A stretch of DNA of 63,513 nt, the filler included, from Folioceros fuciformis (Eukaryota): assembly GCA_049999805.1 (NCBI GenBank). It is 4 parts of 3 records of this genome, joined end to end, with 100 filler letters (N's around TTAATTAATTAA, not from the genome) between each part and the next. Parts side by side here need not be neighbours in the genome. Positions count along the whole stretch, not along the records: positions 23,668 to 53,842 come from JBNGIO010005636.1; positions 53,943 to 62,136 come from JBNGIO010005641.1; 2 more parts are not named here. One strand, 5' to 3'. Positions 49,603-60,119 of the stretch are shown here, one piece after another; the first letter of the stretch is position 1; each line of letters starts with the position of its first letter. The translations under genes and the position numbers were made by a program. The notes below the pieces were generated by a model. It did no database searches. It was not told the DNA's origin and saw only the letters and a program-made list of their open reading frames with translations.

Positions 49603-52157
49603 ATGGATGAGGATGCAGTGCATTGTCCTTTTGCAGTTCAAAGGCCTGGTGGAAGGAAATTTTCTTTCAATGACTTGGTATGGCAACAATCCTCATACAA
49701 GCATCCATCTTGTCTTGGCCAAGACAAACAACGACAGCTAGCTTACATCCCTTGGACCAGAGTGCAGGATTTCATAGAGGGCATGAACTCATTGCCACAT
49801 GCCCCTACAAATTATTACAAGGCATCTCGTAGAGGGCCGGCCAGCAATACTTCAGTAGTAAGTTGTCTAAAGCTAGATGCAGCCATTGTTACAACAGGGT
49901 ATGTATGGACCCTAAGGATTCAATTCGTTTACTTTCTACTGGTTGGTATCATTGAAAGATTTCATCTTCAGTGTTTTGCTTCCAGTTATTGGTGTGGATA
50001 TGGGCCACAGGACCTGCAGAGTGTTCCCATGCCTCCACCACCTGTACTTATTATTGTGGAGGGTGAGAAGAAGAAGCGGTCTCGGATTGCTAACGGTGAA
50101 AGCATCAAACACGGTTGTCAAGCTTCGTTTGCCATTGCACAGTTATGAAGATGGCCAGTAATTGCTCAAATAACATTATACGAAACTATGCATGTGGATG
50201 TTTCTGGAAGAGTCTGTTATGGCCCAGAGTACGTAGACATGCCAAGAGATGTCAGGGCTCCTCACTTAGCCCCTCACTTGAGTGCTGATAAGAAGGCATG
50301 GGTAAAACATGGTTTACTATGTAATGTTTCTGTGTTAGAGATTCTTAGACGACACCAAGAGCAAGTGCGGGCGAAATGTTATGGGCTTTCAACAAGCTTG
50401 GAGCATGAGTCACAGTATGTGCTGATTAGAGATGATTTCTTGACACGTGCAAACATTGACAATCTTGCTGTCGACTTGCTAGGTATAGTGTGAAAATATC
50501 ATCAGGATGACAATATTAGTGTGGGTATATGGACGCGGCTCAATGCTGCATTTGTGTTTCACAAGTCCACTGCTGATCAGTCGTTTTGTTTGGGGATTCA
50601 GACCCCGTTCATGCTTTAGACCTGTTTTACACATGGTAGGAATAATGTGCTCGGGATTGACTCCACGTTTGGTGTAAACCAGTACAAGTACTAGCTCTTC
50701 ACAATTATGGCTTTCGACCTTCACATCAATGGTATTCCAATAGCGTGGGTTTTGGCAAAGGACGATACAAGTGACACCATAGCCAGGTGGTTGACTTCTT
50801 TTCATGAGGTTTTGTTAAGTAAGGATGCAACTTGGTTGCCCTCCGCAATATTGGTTGATGATTGTGCAGCTAAGATTGCTGCAATTTGAAAGGTTTACAA
50901 TTACAATTACGTTCTACTTTGCCTCTGGCATGTGCGTTGTGCTTGGCTCCGTAATCTTATTAAAAAAGTCCAAAACAGGGTAGATAAGAAAGCCATATGG
51001 CAGAAATTAGGTGATTTGATGGACATCAAGGGCTCCAGCACATCAATTCGAGATACAATTCGGGAGAGTGAGCAGTTGCTATTTTCCTTTTATGCTAAGT
51101 GGGAGAAACGACAACCCGTGTTTGTGGGCTATTTCAGAACAACATGGGGTGCACAACTAGGTTAGTCCATATCTTCACCCTCGTATTCTCCCTTTTCAAG
51201 CTTGTGCACATACACATCTTCACAAGGCCTGTTTTGATTGTAGACATGTTCATAAAAAATGCCCGCATGCTTCTGCATGCAGGGCAAGATTGTGCCTCTG
51301 CTATAGAGGCATGGCATCAATTTTTTAAGCAGAAACTTAATCTTACGAGGGCATCTCTTGCTGGTAGATGAGTAGACTAGCTTTTACATCAATTGTGCTT
51401 CGTAATTGCGTCCCATTATTGGTATGTGAACCATTGCAAAGAAGAAGGGTATGTGGTTAACACAACCGAGGAGAAACTGGTGCACACTGCAATAGATTGG
51501 GCAACTCTGATTGAGGATGATAATGTTACTTTGCCTTCCCTACCTTGTACCATAGCTTTATGTAGGAGTTCAACAGATGCCCATGTGACATATACAATTG
51601 AGAATGCAGATTCCATGTGGGCTACATGTGAGTGTGTTCAAGGGAGGAAAGGCTTTATTTGTAAACACATCATGGAAGTGCAGGATATGCTTGGAGTGCT
51701 CTCATACACACTCCAGATGAAACGTCAGTATATAGCAACAAATGGTCTGGTAATTCAGGAGCCTATAACAACTCTTGCTTTATGTGATAATAGAAAACAG
51801 TTGATGGAAAGCATTTCGTGCAACCTGCAACCCGCTGTGGAGGGTGTTTTATGTAACGAAAGCGGAACATAAGATTAGATTCACTTCCTGGAACAAGGTT
51901 GTAATGCTATTGTGAATTTGATGCACAAGAATAAGGAAGTCATGGGGGATGCAGCACTTTTGGTGACATGTACACTCATGGTTGTCCAGCGCTTGATTGC
52001 ATATGAGCAGGAAATGCCTGCAACACGGCAGCCTCTTCAAGCATTCACCACCAACGAGGGAGACAACAACATCGTTAGGACTAAGCCATTCTTCTCACTA
52101 AGAAAGAAAAAGAAGAAGAGAGTGACTTGGAAGTTATTAGCAAACAAAGAAAACTAG
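49603..52157 (+). pseudogene. MULE DDE plus SWIM zinc-finger transposase with premature stops; introns at 49899-49985 and 51161-51243
   Basis: GIDSTFGVNQYKY, GIPIAWVL, ILVDD, LLCLWHVRCAW, SAIEAWH, SWIM ATCECVQGRKGFICKH; in-frame stops at about 50146, 50491, 50887 and 51369. Confidence 0.85.
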
Positions 52158-52212
52158 CGTAAGTATAGGTGCGATGTAGGTGCCGGTAATGTCTCCCTTC
52201 ACATGTTTTGAC

Positions 52213-52291
52213 AATGCTGCAATTAATCAAAAACTCAATCTTGACCAATGCTAAAATTAATCAAAAACTCAGTCTTGACCAATGCTGCAAT
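52213..52291. repeat. 34-bp tandem repeat, about 2.3 copies, inside the MULE
   Basis: AATGCT..AATTAATCAAAAACTCA.TCTTGACC twice plus a partial copy. Confidence 0.85.
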
Positions 52292-52849
52292 AAGAGTGAT
52301 CGTCCTCTCCGCTCGTCTTGATCATCCTCCTCCGCGCTTGCCTCATAGCGTTGCGCATGCCTGAACGTTGTGCGTGCCGACGAGTTCGACTTTATATCGT
52401 GCCAGAGTATTGCCGCGGTATTGAATCAGTTCCCCTCGCCCCCGGTGGCCCAGTCGCGGGTTGGCACGCATACCAGAGAGAGGGGCAGGGGAGAGGAAGG
52501 CCATGCTCATGGCATGGCATGTCGGTTCGCCAGGTCGTACCCTGTCGAACGATCTTTAGGCCTAGCCCCTGCTGGTGGCACAAGCACACTGGATAATGAA
52601 ATGGCCAAGATAATTCATCCAAGACGAGAACGAAGGATCACTGAGCGAAAGACGAGCTCTTACGACATCGCGGTGACGTACATCGGGTGGTGGCACGTTC
52701 CACAGTCGCATTTGAAAATAATATAAATTAACTTAAAATAGAAACAGACGATATAAGACAGACGGTAAGGTTGTATGGTTCTCCGCTTCTACATTGCTCG
52801 GAGCCCCAAGGTTGTACAAATTGAACTACATTCCAAACATCAAGGCACC

Positions 52850-53842
52850 TCGGGGACAGACGCTGGGGCGTGGCGACGGGAAGGGGATTTGCTTCACCCA
52901 CCTTCACGGCGTCCGGCGATGAATTATCAGCCTCATCGCTGCAGCTTCCTCTCCACTACGGCAAGGCCACCTCCAGTTTTGTGTACTCGCCTTGCTGTAC
53001 ATTCTTTCGAAGGCCGTAGTGGTGGAAACTCCAAAATAAGCCTGCTAACAACATCAGTGTCTAGTAGTACCTGCAAGATGCCAAGTCCCATTTGTATCCA
53101 GGTGAATTCATACATTGTCGCCATTCTCGTCGTCACCCTCGGCAGCATTCCTTTCAGCCTCACTTCCAAGAACAACTTTCTCAGACTGAGCCTTGACTGC
53201 ATCCAACACCCTCGCCTTCGAAAGGCTGGAGCATCTCCCTGCTCTACTGGTTTTGTCTCCGCCCTGCGTTGCCTCCGCTTTGAGAGCCAGAAACTTTGCC
53301 TTCGCTTCCTTCACGTCCTCTACACTCTTGAAAACTTCCCCAACAGTGGAAGGAGGCGCCAAGCTGAGTTTGGCAAACAAGGACAATGTGTATTTCGACA
53401 GAGTGATTCTCTCCTTGTCCTTATTCCTAAGAGGGGCGGGAGCTCGTATCTTCTTCTTCTTTCCTTTGCCTCCAGCAGAGCCTGCGAACCATCCATCTAG
53501 GTCGCCATCACCCTTCTTGCACAGCACCATCCCTTCAGGTGCAAAACCCTCAGGTTGGAAACGTGTCCACGTTGAGGAACTCTCTCCTGACAGGGATGCA
53601 ATATAGTTCTGAAGGGATGAGGAAAGTTGATCACACAGCACAAGCTCGTTTGTGGAAGGCTGCACAATATTTTCCGATTCCTCCTCCTCCCTGACGACTG
53701 GAACTAAATGTACAGGGGCCACCTTGGGGACAACCTCTGAGACAGCCACTTCGGAGACAAGCTCCGCGACAACTACCTGGGGGATACACTCTGCGACAGC
53801 TACCTCGGGGACACACTGTGCAACAGCTACCTCGGGGACACA
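52850..53842 (-). pseudogene. Partial paralog of the 45370-47313 gene (C-terminal half) with a different repetitive N-terminus; frameshifted tail
   Basis: DGDLDGWFAGS.GGKGK..RAPAPLRNKDKERITLS is nearly identical to the upstream gene; LGILQV..ILEFPPL lies in another frame after a stop at 53108; 5' end cut by the linker. Confidence 0.75.
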
Positions 53843-53942
53843 NNNNNNNNNNNNNNNNNNNNNNNNNNNNNNNNNNNNNNNNNNNNTTAATTAATTAANN
53901 NNNNNNNNNNNNNNNNNNNNNNNNNNNNNNNNNNNNNNNNNN
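53843..53942. other. Artificial contig linker
   Basis: 44 N + TTAATTAATTAA + 44 N. Confidence 0.97.
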
Positions 53943-54114
53943 ACTTGAAGACGCTTGTCTGTGGACACATTGTGCACCTACTGAGAAATTTGAGGTTTGT
54001 GTGCGCCTAGGCTGCAAGGAGGTGGAGCAGGTGTTGACGTCTACATGACGAGGGAAATGAATTTGCCATACCCTTCTATCCTAAAGCACTCCCAGGACTT
54101 CCGCTGTGGCTGAG

Positions 54115-54195
54115 GTAGAGGCAGAGGCAGAGGCAGAGGCAGAGGCAGAGGCAGAGGCAGAGGCAGAGGCAGAGGCAGAGGCAGAGGCAGAGGCT
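54115..54195. repeat. (GCAGAG)n hexamer microsatellite, about 13 copies
   Basis: Direct read. Confidence 0.95.
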
Positions 54196-54699
54196 GAGTC
54201 ACCTCCATATAGTGCCTCCCAGCTTCGAACCTCTTCTGCAGCAGCAGCCTGCACACGCTACATCAGCCCTTCAGGTCCGGGCGTTTCCGCAGAGAGGTTT
54301 CTTATGAACTTATTACGGTGAGATGGGAGGCAGGTTTAGCGTGGGCTAATCGTGTTCTTCTTTCTCATGGCCTCATAAACAACCAGTAATTATTATTTAG
54401 GGTTTAGCGTTTAAGCCAGGGTTTAAACGCCGTCCGAGTACACTACAATTCTTACATCATTTGATGTGTGTACCAAAATCGTCGATAAATTTTACTAGAG
54501 ATCTCACACTTTCCCAAAGCGATATACAAGAAGCGCTGCTCTTTTACTTCAGACTTAACATCACTGGAAAATTTTGATAAGAGTATATCACCCATATTGC
54601 CAATGGCTGTTACTTGTTAGCCCTATATATATCTCTATATCTTAGCTGCTGTAGAGGCAGAGGCACCTCGACCATAGTTGAGACCTGTGGGTGCGGTCA

Positions 54700-55035
54700 T
54701 GAGGTGAGGCGGGAGCGAGGAGCGAGCGAGCCCGGCCAGAGCACGGGCTGAGAACCAGCCCAGTCGGTAGCTCGAGGCCGGGGGCCGGGGGTCGGTAGCT
54801 CCGGGCCAAGGGCTGAGAGCTAGCCCGGTCTAGGGTTGGGAGCAAGCCGGCCTCGGTACCCGGGCCAGCCCGCCCGGGGAGCGGGGTTGAGAGCCAGCCG
54901 GGCCGGGACGGGGGCTGAGAGCTCGACGCCCGGTCTAGGGTTGAGATCGACTCTCGGGGGGTGAGACCGGCCAGAGAGCCAAACCGAGCCGGCCCCGACT
55001 GGTAGCTCGGTTTGGCCGGGGCCGGGGGCTGAGAG
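54700..55035. repeat. GC-rich degenerate repeat cluster
   Basis: Recurring GGGGCTGAGAG, CCCGGTCTAGGGTTG and GGTAGCTCG..GCCGGGGCCGGGGG motifs. Confidence 0.7.
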
Positions 55036-55075
55036 TTCCTTCTCCTTTTCCGTTGCAGAGGTGACTAGTCTATGA

Positions 55076-55300
55076 GGCCTGCAGGCCCTGATGAATCCCC
55101 ACGTGTCGTGCACGTTGTCCAAAGTGATGCTTGGGATGCCCTCTGCCCGTTCCGTCCCTTCAGCAAGGTAAGACGGGTCATTTATAACCTCCCCGTAAGA
55201 TTTCTGCATGCCACGTCGCAATTCAATCGAAGTTCACATAACAGGCGAGAAATCGGCTTACGCTTCGGATTGGTAACAAAGTACCTGGATAGGGTCTAGG
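55076..55300 (-). pseudogene. 3' fragment of an organellar-type tryptophanyl-tRNA synthetase gene, retaining its last intron (55204-55284)
   Basis: Spliced translation (H)LDPIQ|KSYGEVINDPSYL-AEGTERAEGIPSITLDNVHDTWGFIR resembles the TrpRS C-terminus; GT-AG intron in phase 0. Confidence 0.7.
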
Positions 55301-55695
55301 TGGGTTGCGGTGGTCCTTGCGCCGCAAACCACCGCAACGATTTGCGCGTGTGGTGAGCGCGTGTGGTGAGCGCGTGTGGTGAGCTGTCAGCGGTGTGCGG
55401 TGGTGTGCGCGACGGTTTTTCCCGACGGTTTGTGGCGTGCGGTGAGCTGTCTGAAGGATCACTAAAAGGAGCTACACGGTGAAAGAGGAGAGGAGGAGAA
55501 AGGATAGGTCACACTCTCACACAGAGTCTTAATAGCAAGGGAACTCAAGGGGGTATTTATATCCTCTAGAAGAGCTCCCTAGGAAGCTTCATAAGAAGCG
55601 CACAGGACGCTGCACGATAGTGGGATAGTGGGATAAGTGTGGCCACTATAGGACGAAGCTCAGGGAGCGCCACTCCCCAAGATCCGCCCGCCACA
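55301..55695 (-). mobile_element. LTR (TG...CA, 395 bp)
   Basis: The minus strand starts TGTGGCGG and ends AACCCA; TATAAATA near 55555-55562; internal 13-bp tandem repeats; it separates copia pol from host sequence. Confidence 0.6.
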
Positions 55696-58600
55696 CTTTT
55701 GTCCATATCCCCTGCATAATCAGCATCCGTATATCCCACGACAAATGCATCTTCACTACCAAAACATAAGCACAAAGCTTTCGTACCATTCAAGTACCTC
55801 ATAACTCCTTTCACTACCTCCCAATGCTTCCTGCCAGGGTTTGACATAAACCTGCTAACCACTCCCACTGCAAAAGCAATGTCAAGACGTGTAGCAATCA
55901 TTGCATACATCAAACTCCCTACAGCTGATGAATATGGAGCCTTCTCCATTTCAGCTTGGTCCTCCGCAGAACTTAGGCAATCCTTGCTCGACAATTTCAC
56001 ATATGGAGGCAACAGAGTACTCAATACCTTCCCCTTTTCCATATTGAAACGTTGAAGCACCTTGTTAATGTACTCAGTCTAAGACAAGTAAAGCAAACGC
56101 TTCTATCTGTCTCGATGAATACGCATACCAAGAATATGGCTTCCCTCTCCCAAGTTTGTCATGTCAAAGCGAGCATTCAACTTTGACTTCAATGTTGAAA
56201 TCTCATCATTGTTAGTCCCAGCAATCAACATATCATCGACATAGAGGACCAGAATGAGCAAGCTTCCATCCTTAGCTTGCTTCGTATAGAGGCAATGATC
56301 CTCATCGCTACGCTTGTAGCCTTGAAAAAGCATAAATGAGTGGAACTTGAAATACCACTCCCTGGGTGCCTGCTTCAAACCATAAAGGCTCTTCTTTAAC
56401 CTGCACACCAGACTCTCTTTGCCCTTCTCAATGAAACCCTCTGGTTGCTGCATGTATACCTCTTCCTGGAGATCACCATCTCCCACTTGTCCTTGTCAGT
56501 CACTAACATGGCCTCTTGATAACAAGAGGGCTCCCCACAATCCGTCAACATGACATAATCAAGAGATGCAACATACCTGTCAAGAGGACGTGAGATCCTT
56601 CTTGACCTACGAAGCTTTGGCGCCTCGACCAGAGCTGGTTGCACTCTCTCCTCTTCTAGAAGTGGAGGAACTTGTTCCTGCACATCACGACGTTCAACCT
56701 CCGCGGGACGGTCAAGTCCATCTTCTTGGAAGACCACCCGACGCACTTCCACAATTGGAATAGGCTTCTTGTGCATCTTGGTCTCATTGAAGAACACGTC
56801 ATTGCTACGAACCATCCTCTTGGCCTCTGGATCCCACAGATGGTATCCCATCTCACCAGATTCACCATAGCCAAGAAAAATACATTTTCTTGACTTAGGA
56901 GCCAACTTGTCCCGAAACTCCTTCGGAACATGGTAGTATGCCTCGCAGCCAAACACTCGTAGATGCTTGTAGGACGGCTTCTTTCCAGACCACATCTCAT
57001 CTAGAACCTGTTCATCCACAGCCCTATTAGGAGATCTGTTAATAAGATGCACTGCAGTAACCACCGCTTCGGCCCAAAATCCGTTAGGCAATCCAGAGTT
57101 GGACAACAAACTACGCATCCTCTCTTGGATGGTCCTGTTCATCCGTTCAGCCACACCATTCTAGGGAGGAGTATACGGCACAATCAATTCTCTCTTGATT
57201 CCCTTGGAATCATAGAATGACTGGAAAGCCTTCGAAACATACTCTCCCCCATTGTCTGTCCTTAGACACTTCAATCGGAGGCCAGATTGATTCTCCACAA
57301 GGGTAACGAATTTCTGAAACACTGTCAGAACATCATCCTTTTTCCTCAAAGGATAAACCCATACCTTGCGTGAGAAATCATCCATGAAAGTGACAAAATA
57401 GGATGCACCGCCTAACGATACAGTGGGCATAGGTGAACAAACGTCACTGTGAACCAACTCAAGAGGTTTACTTTTGTGTTTACCTCTTGCTCCATGTGGT
57501 GACTTTGTCTGTTTCCCATACAAACAGTGCTCACACACAGAGAAATCGGAGAAGTCAAAAGCAGGGACGTAACCAGAACGAGATAGTATCTTCATTCCTT
57601 TTTGAGACATATGCCCTAACCGACTATGCCACAAGGAAACACTTGGCTGTTCCGTTACACAAATCACATGATCCTTGACAGTGGTTACCTGAAGTGAGTA
57701 CAAAGTGCCACACTTCGATCCACGAGCTAACACAAGAGAACCTTTGGAGATCTTCCAAGAACGATCTCCAAACCAACAATGGTAGCCAGCGTCATCCAAC
57801 TGCCCTGAGCTAATCATGCTTTTGATCAACTTCGGAACATGCCTAACATCCTTCAGTATGAATGAAGATCCATTGTCAAACTTCAGCTGCATATCACCAA
57901 CGCTTGCAATCTCGCATGCGTAGTTATTTCCAAGCCGAACACATCCTTTCCTAGTAGCATCATAAGTGCTAAACCACTCCCTATGAGGAGTAACATGGAA
58001 AGATGCTCCAGAGTCAATTATCCAATCAGAGAATAAGTGACTCTCCACGGCTGTCAGTTGTGTAGAATCGAAGAAAGAAGAGGTAAGAACATCTCGATCA
58101 TCAATAGAGTTCACCTCGTCATGCTTCACACTCAGACTTTCCTTGTTGTCGCTCTACTTCTACTCCTTGCCTTTGTCCTTCTTGAACTTCTCGCAGTCCC
58201 TTCTGATGTGATCCTTCTTGTGACAATGGTAACACTCAACATTGTTACAACTACGAGACTCACTACGGGAACGGCTTCGCTCCTTGTACTTCCCCTTTGA
58301 AGTGGACCTTCCTCTCACCATGAGGGCATTGAAACCTTTCGAGGGTTCCATATTCTTCCTGTTCACCTCCTCTGTTAACAGGCTACCTTCTACATTTACA
58401 ACGATAAGACCACTGGCAGTGGTGGTACTCAGAGCTGTACGAAAGGTGTCCCAGCTCTCTGGTAATGCTCTCACGGAATTTGGGAACGAGATACCTTAAG
58501 ATGAGAGCTGGCTGAAAATGGTATTGAACTCATTCAGGTGATCGGACATCCTCATCCCTTCCTTTATCTTCAAGTCCACCAACTGTTTCAACTAGTACAC

Positions 58601-58828
58601 CTGAGAAGCCGGACTTTGCTTCTCATACACGTCACACAACTTCTGCCATAGCTCGTAACTTGTGGTCTTGTCTTTCACGTTGAAGTAGACCGACTTCAAC
58701 AATGTTAACATGATGGTAGACCTAGCAAGCTCATCTAGATCTTGCCACTCATCCTAAGTCATGCTAACAGGTTTCACTCCTAGCAGCTTGATCTGCCTCT
58801 TATGTACTAGAACATTATACACTTGTTC
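55696..58828 (-). mobile_element. Ty1/copia (Tnt1-like) internal region, defective
   Basis: gag with CYHCHKKDHIRRDC, protease WIIDSGASFH, integrase LELVHSDVC..CLRTDNGGEY..AERMNRT, RT LKKSLYGLKQAPR and LYVDDML, RNase H truncated after YTDADYAGD; stops and an internal deletion near 56480. Confidence 0.95.
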
Positions 58829-59361
58829 NNNNNNNNNNNNNNNNNNNNNNNNNNNNNNNNNNNNNNNNNNNNNNNNNNNNNNNNNNNNNNNNNNNNNNNN
58901 NNNNNNNNNNNNNNNNNNNNNNNNNNNNTTGATACTCAGCACTCTGGCGACCGCGATCTGGCGTCCGTGACGTCGCTCTCGCCCGTGCCTCGATCTGCGT
59001 TTGCGCACGCGCCCCCTTCGGCTCCCGCGGCCTGCTTGCGTCGCGGTGGCGGCAATCGCGTCAACGCTCGACGTCCCGCCGTCCGCGATGCTCGCTCGCC
59101 TCGTCCGCCGGTGCTGATGGCGCCCAGCGGCCTTATTGTTGGAATAACGATTCGCTTAACCCTAATTCCATTATATAGCCAGGGCAGATACGAAAAGACG
59201 TAGTTTTATTTTAGGGTTACATATGACGGTTAAAAACTGCCGAGTCTTGTGAACTTCACGTGAACGCGAATGTGCGTAATTTTTCTCTCTTGCTTGTTTA
59301 TATGTCTTCCTAGTGCACGCTTGCGCGCCTGATCGATCCTAATCACATGGAATAATCGTCA

Positions 59362-59374
59362 TGGTATCAGAGCC
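59362..59374 (+). promoter_or_regulatory. Primer-binding site for initiator tRNA-Met
   Basis: TGGTATCAGAGCC immediately after the LTR-terminal CA. Confidence 0.9.
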
Positions 59375-59606
59375 CTATTAAATGTTGATTTCTTTGGCGC
59401 CTGCAAGCGCGTAAAAAAAAAAAAAAAAAAAAGATGGTCTAGGTTTGCCTTAGATTCAGGCGAGACCTGTGCAGCAATGATCAGCAGTTGCGCACGCACG
59501 TGACGCTGATCTGTAGATCCTCTGATGTAGCTGAGACTCGAATCACGAAGATGAAGGCGAGCACAGTCGCGCCTGCACAAATGAAGGGCGAGAATCAGTC
59601 AGGCTC

Positions 59607-60119
59607 ATGAAGATGGCACACCGCCAAAGGCGTAGCCGGGGAAACCAGCGACGAGTCTTTCATGCTGTTCCATCTTATGGCCTACTGACGTACAGTTTTC
59701 TTGATAGACTCCCACACCTTGTCACTGCCAATCCAAGCAATCACGCTTACCGCAGGTCTCTAGCGCACAGTCGTAGAGAGCTAGAAGAGTGTCGTCAGGT
59801 TGAGTCTTTGACAAGGGAAAGGGAGGACGAGTCCCTCACTGCTGCTGTACAGCATCTCACACAAAGGCTTGACAATATTAACAGCACAGCACTCTGTCGA
59901 ACCCAGCATATCCTCACCACGTTAGACAGACTTACAGATCACATAGTGCGGCTGGATGACCACTTGCAGCAAATTGATGTTAAACTATGTGTGTGGATGA
60001 GACCACAGCTGCAAGAGAGTGACAGGATTGCCCAAGTTTTTGTGTCAAAGCAACAACAACCAAAGTGTGCTGAATGTCAGACCAAACCGGTGGAATCAAA
60101 TCATGCAGATAGCTGCTGA
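59607..60119 (+). CDS. Uncharacterised 170-aa ORF with heptad pattern, between the copia PBS and gag
   Basis: ATG-initiated and open; heptad run LTQRLDNI..LTTLDRLTDHIVRLDDHLQQIDVKL; no homology recognised. Confidence 0.4.
   Translation: MKMAHRQRRSRGNQRRVFHAVPSYGLLTYSFLDRLPHLVTANPSNHAYRRSLAHSRRELEECRQVESLTREREDESLTAAVQHLTQRLDNINSTALCRTQHILTTLDRLTDHIVRLDDHLQQIDVKLCVWMRPQLQESDRIAQVFVSKQQQPKCAECQTKPVESNHADSC

Larger units (their letters stand above)
49281..52567 (+). mobile_element. Mutator-like (MULE) DNA transposon with ~150-bp TIRs
   Basis: 49281-49430 is an inverted match to 52421-52567, including a perfect 43-bp core (49321-49363 vs 52487-52529); flanks CCTACTGG/CCTGCTGG may be a degenerate TSD; encloses a MULE-SWIM transposase. 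Confidence 0.85.

Noticed and set aside
54041-54321. Poly-(EA) and poly-(PL) ORFs
   Set aside because: Products of the (GCAGAG)n microsatellite; no coding support beyond a possible acceptor site
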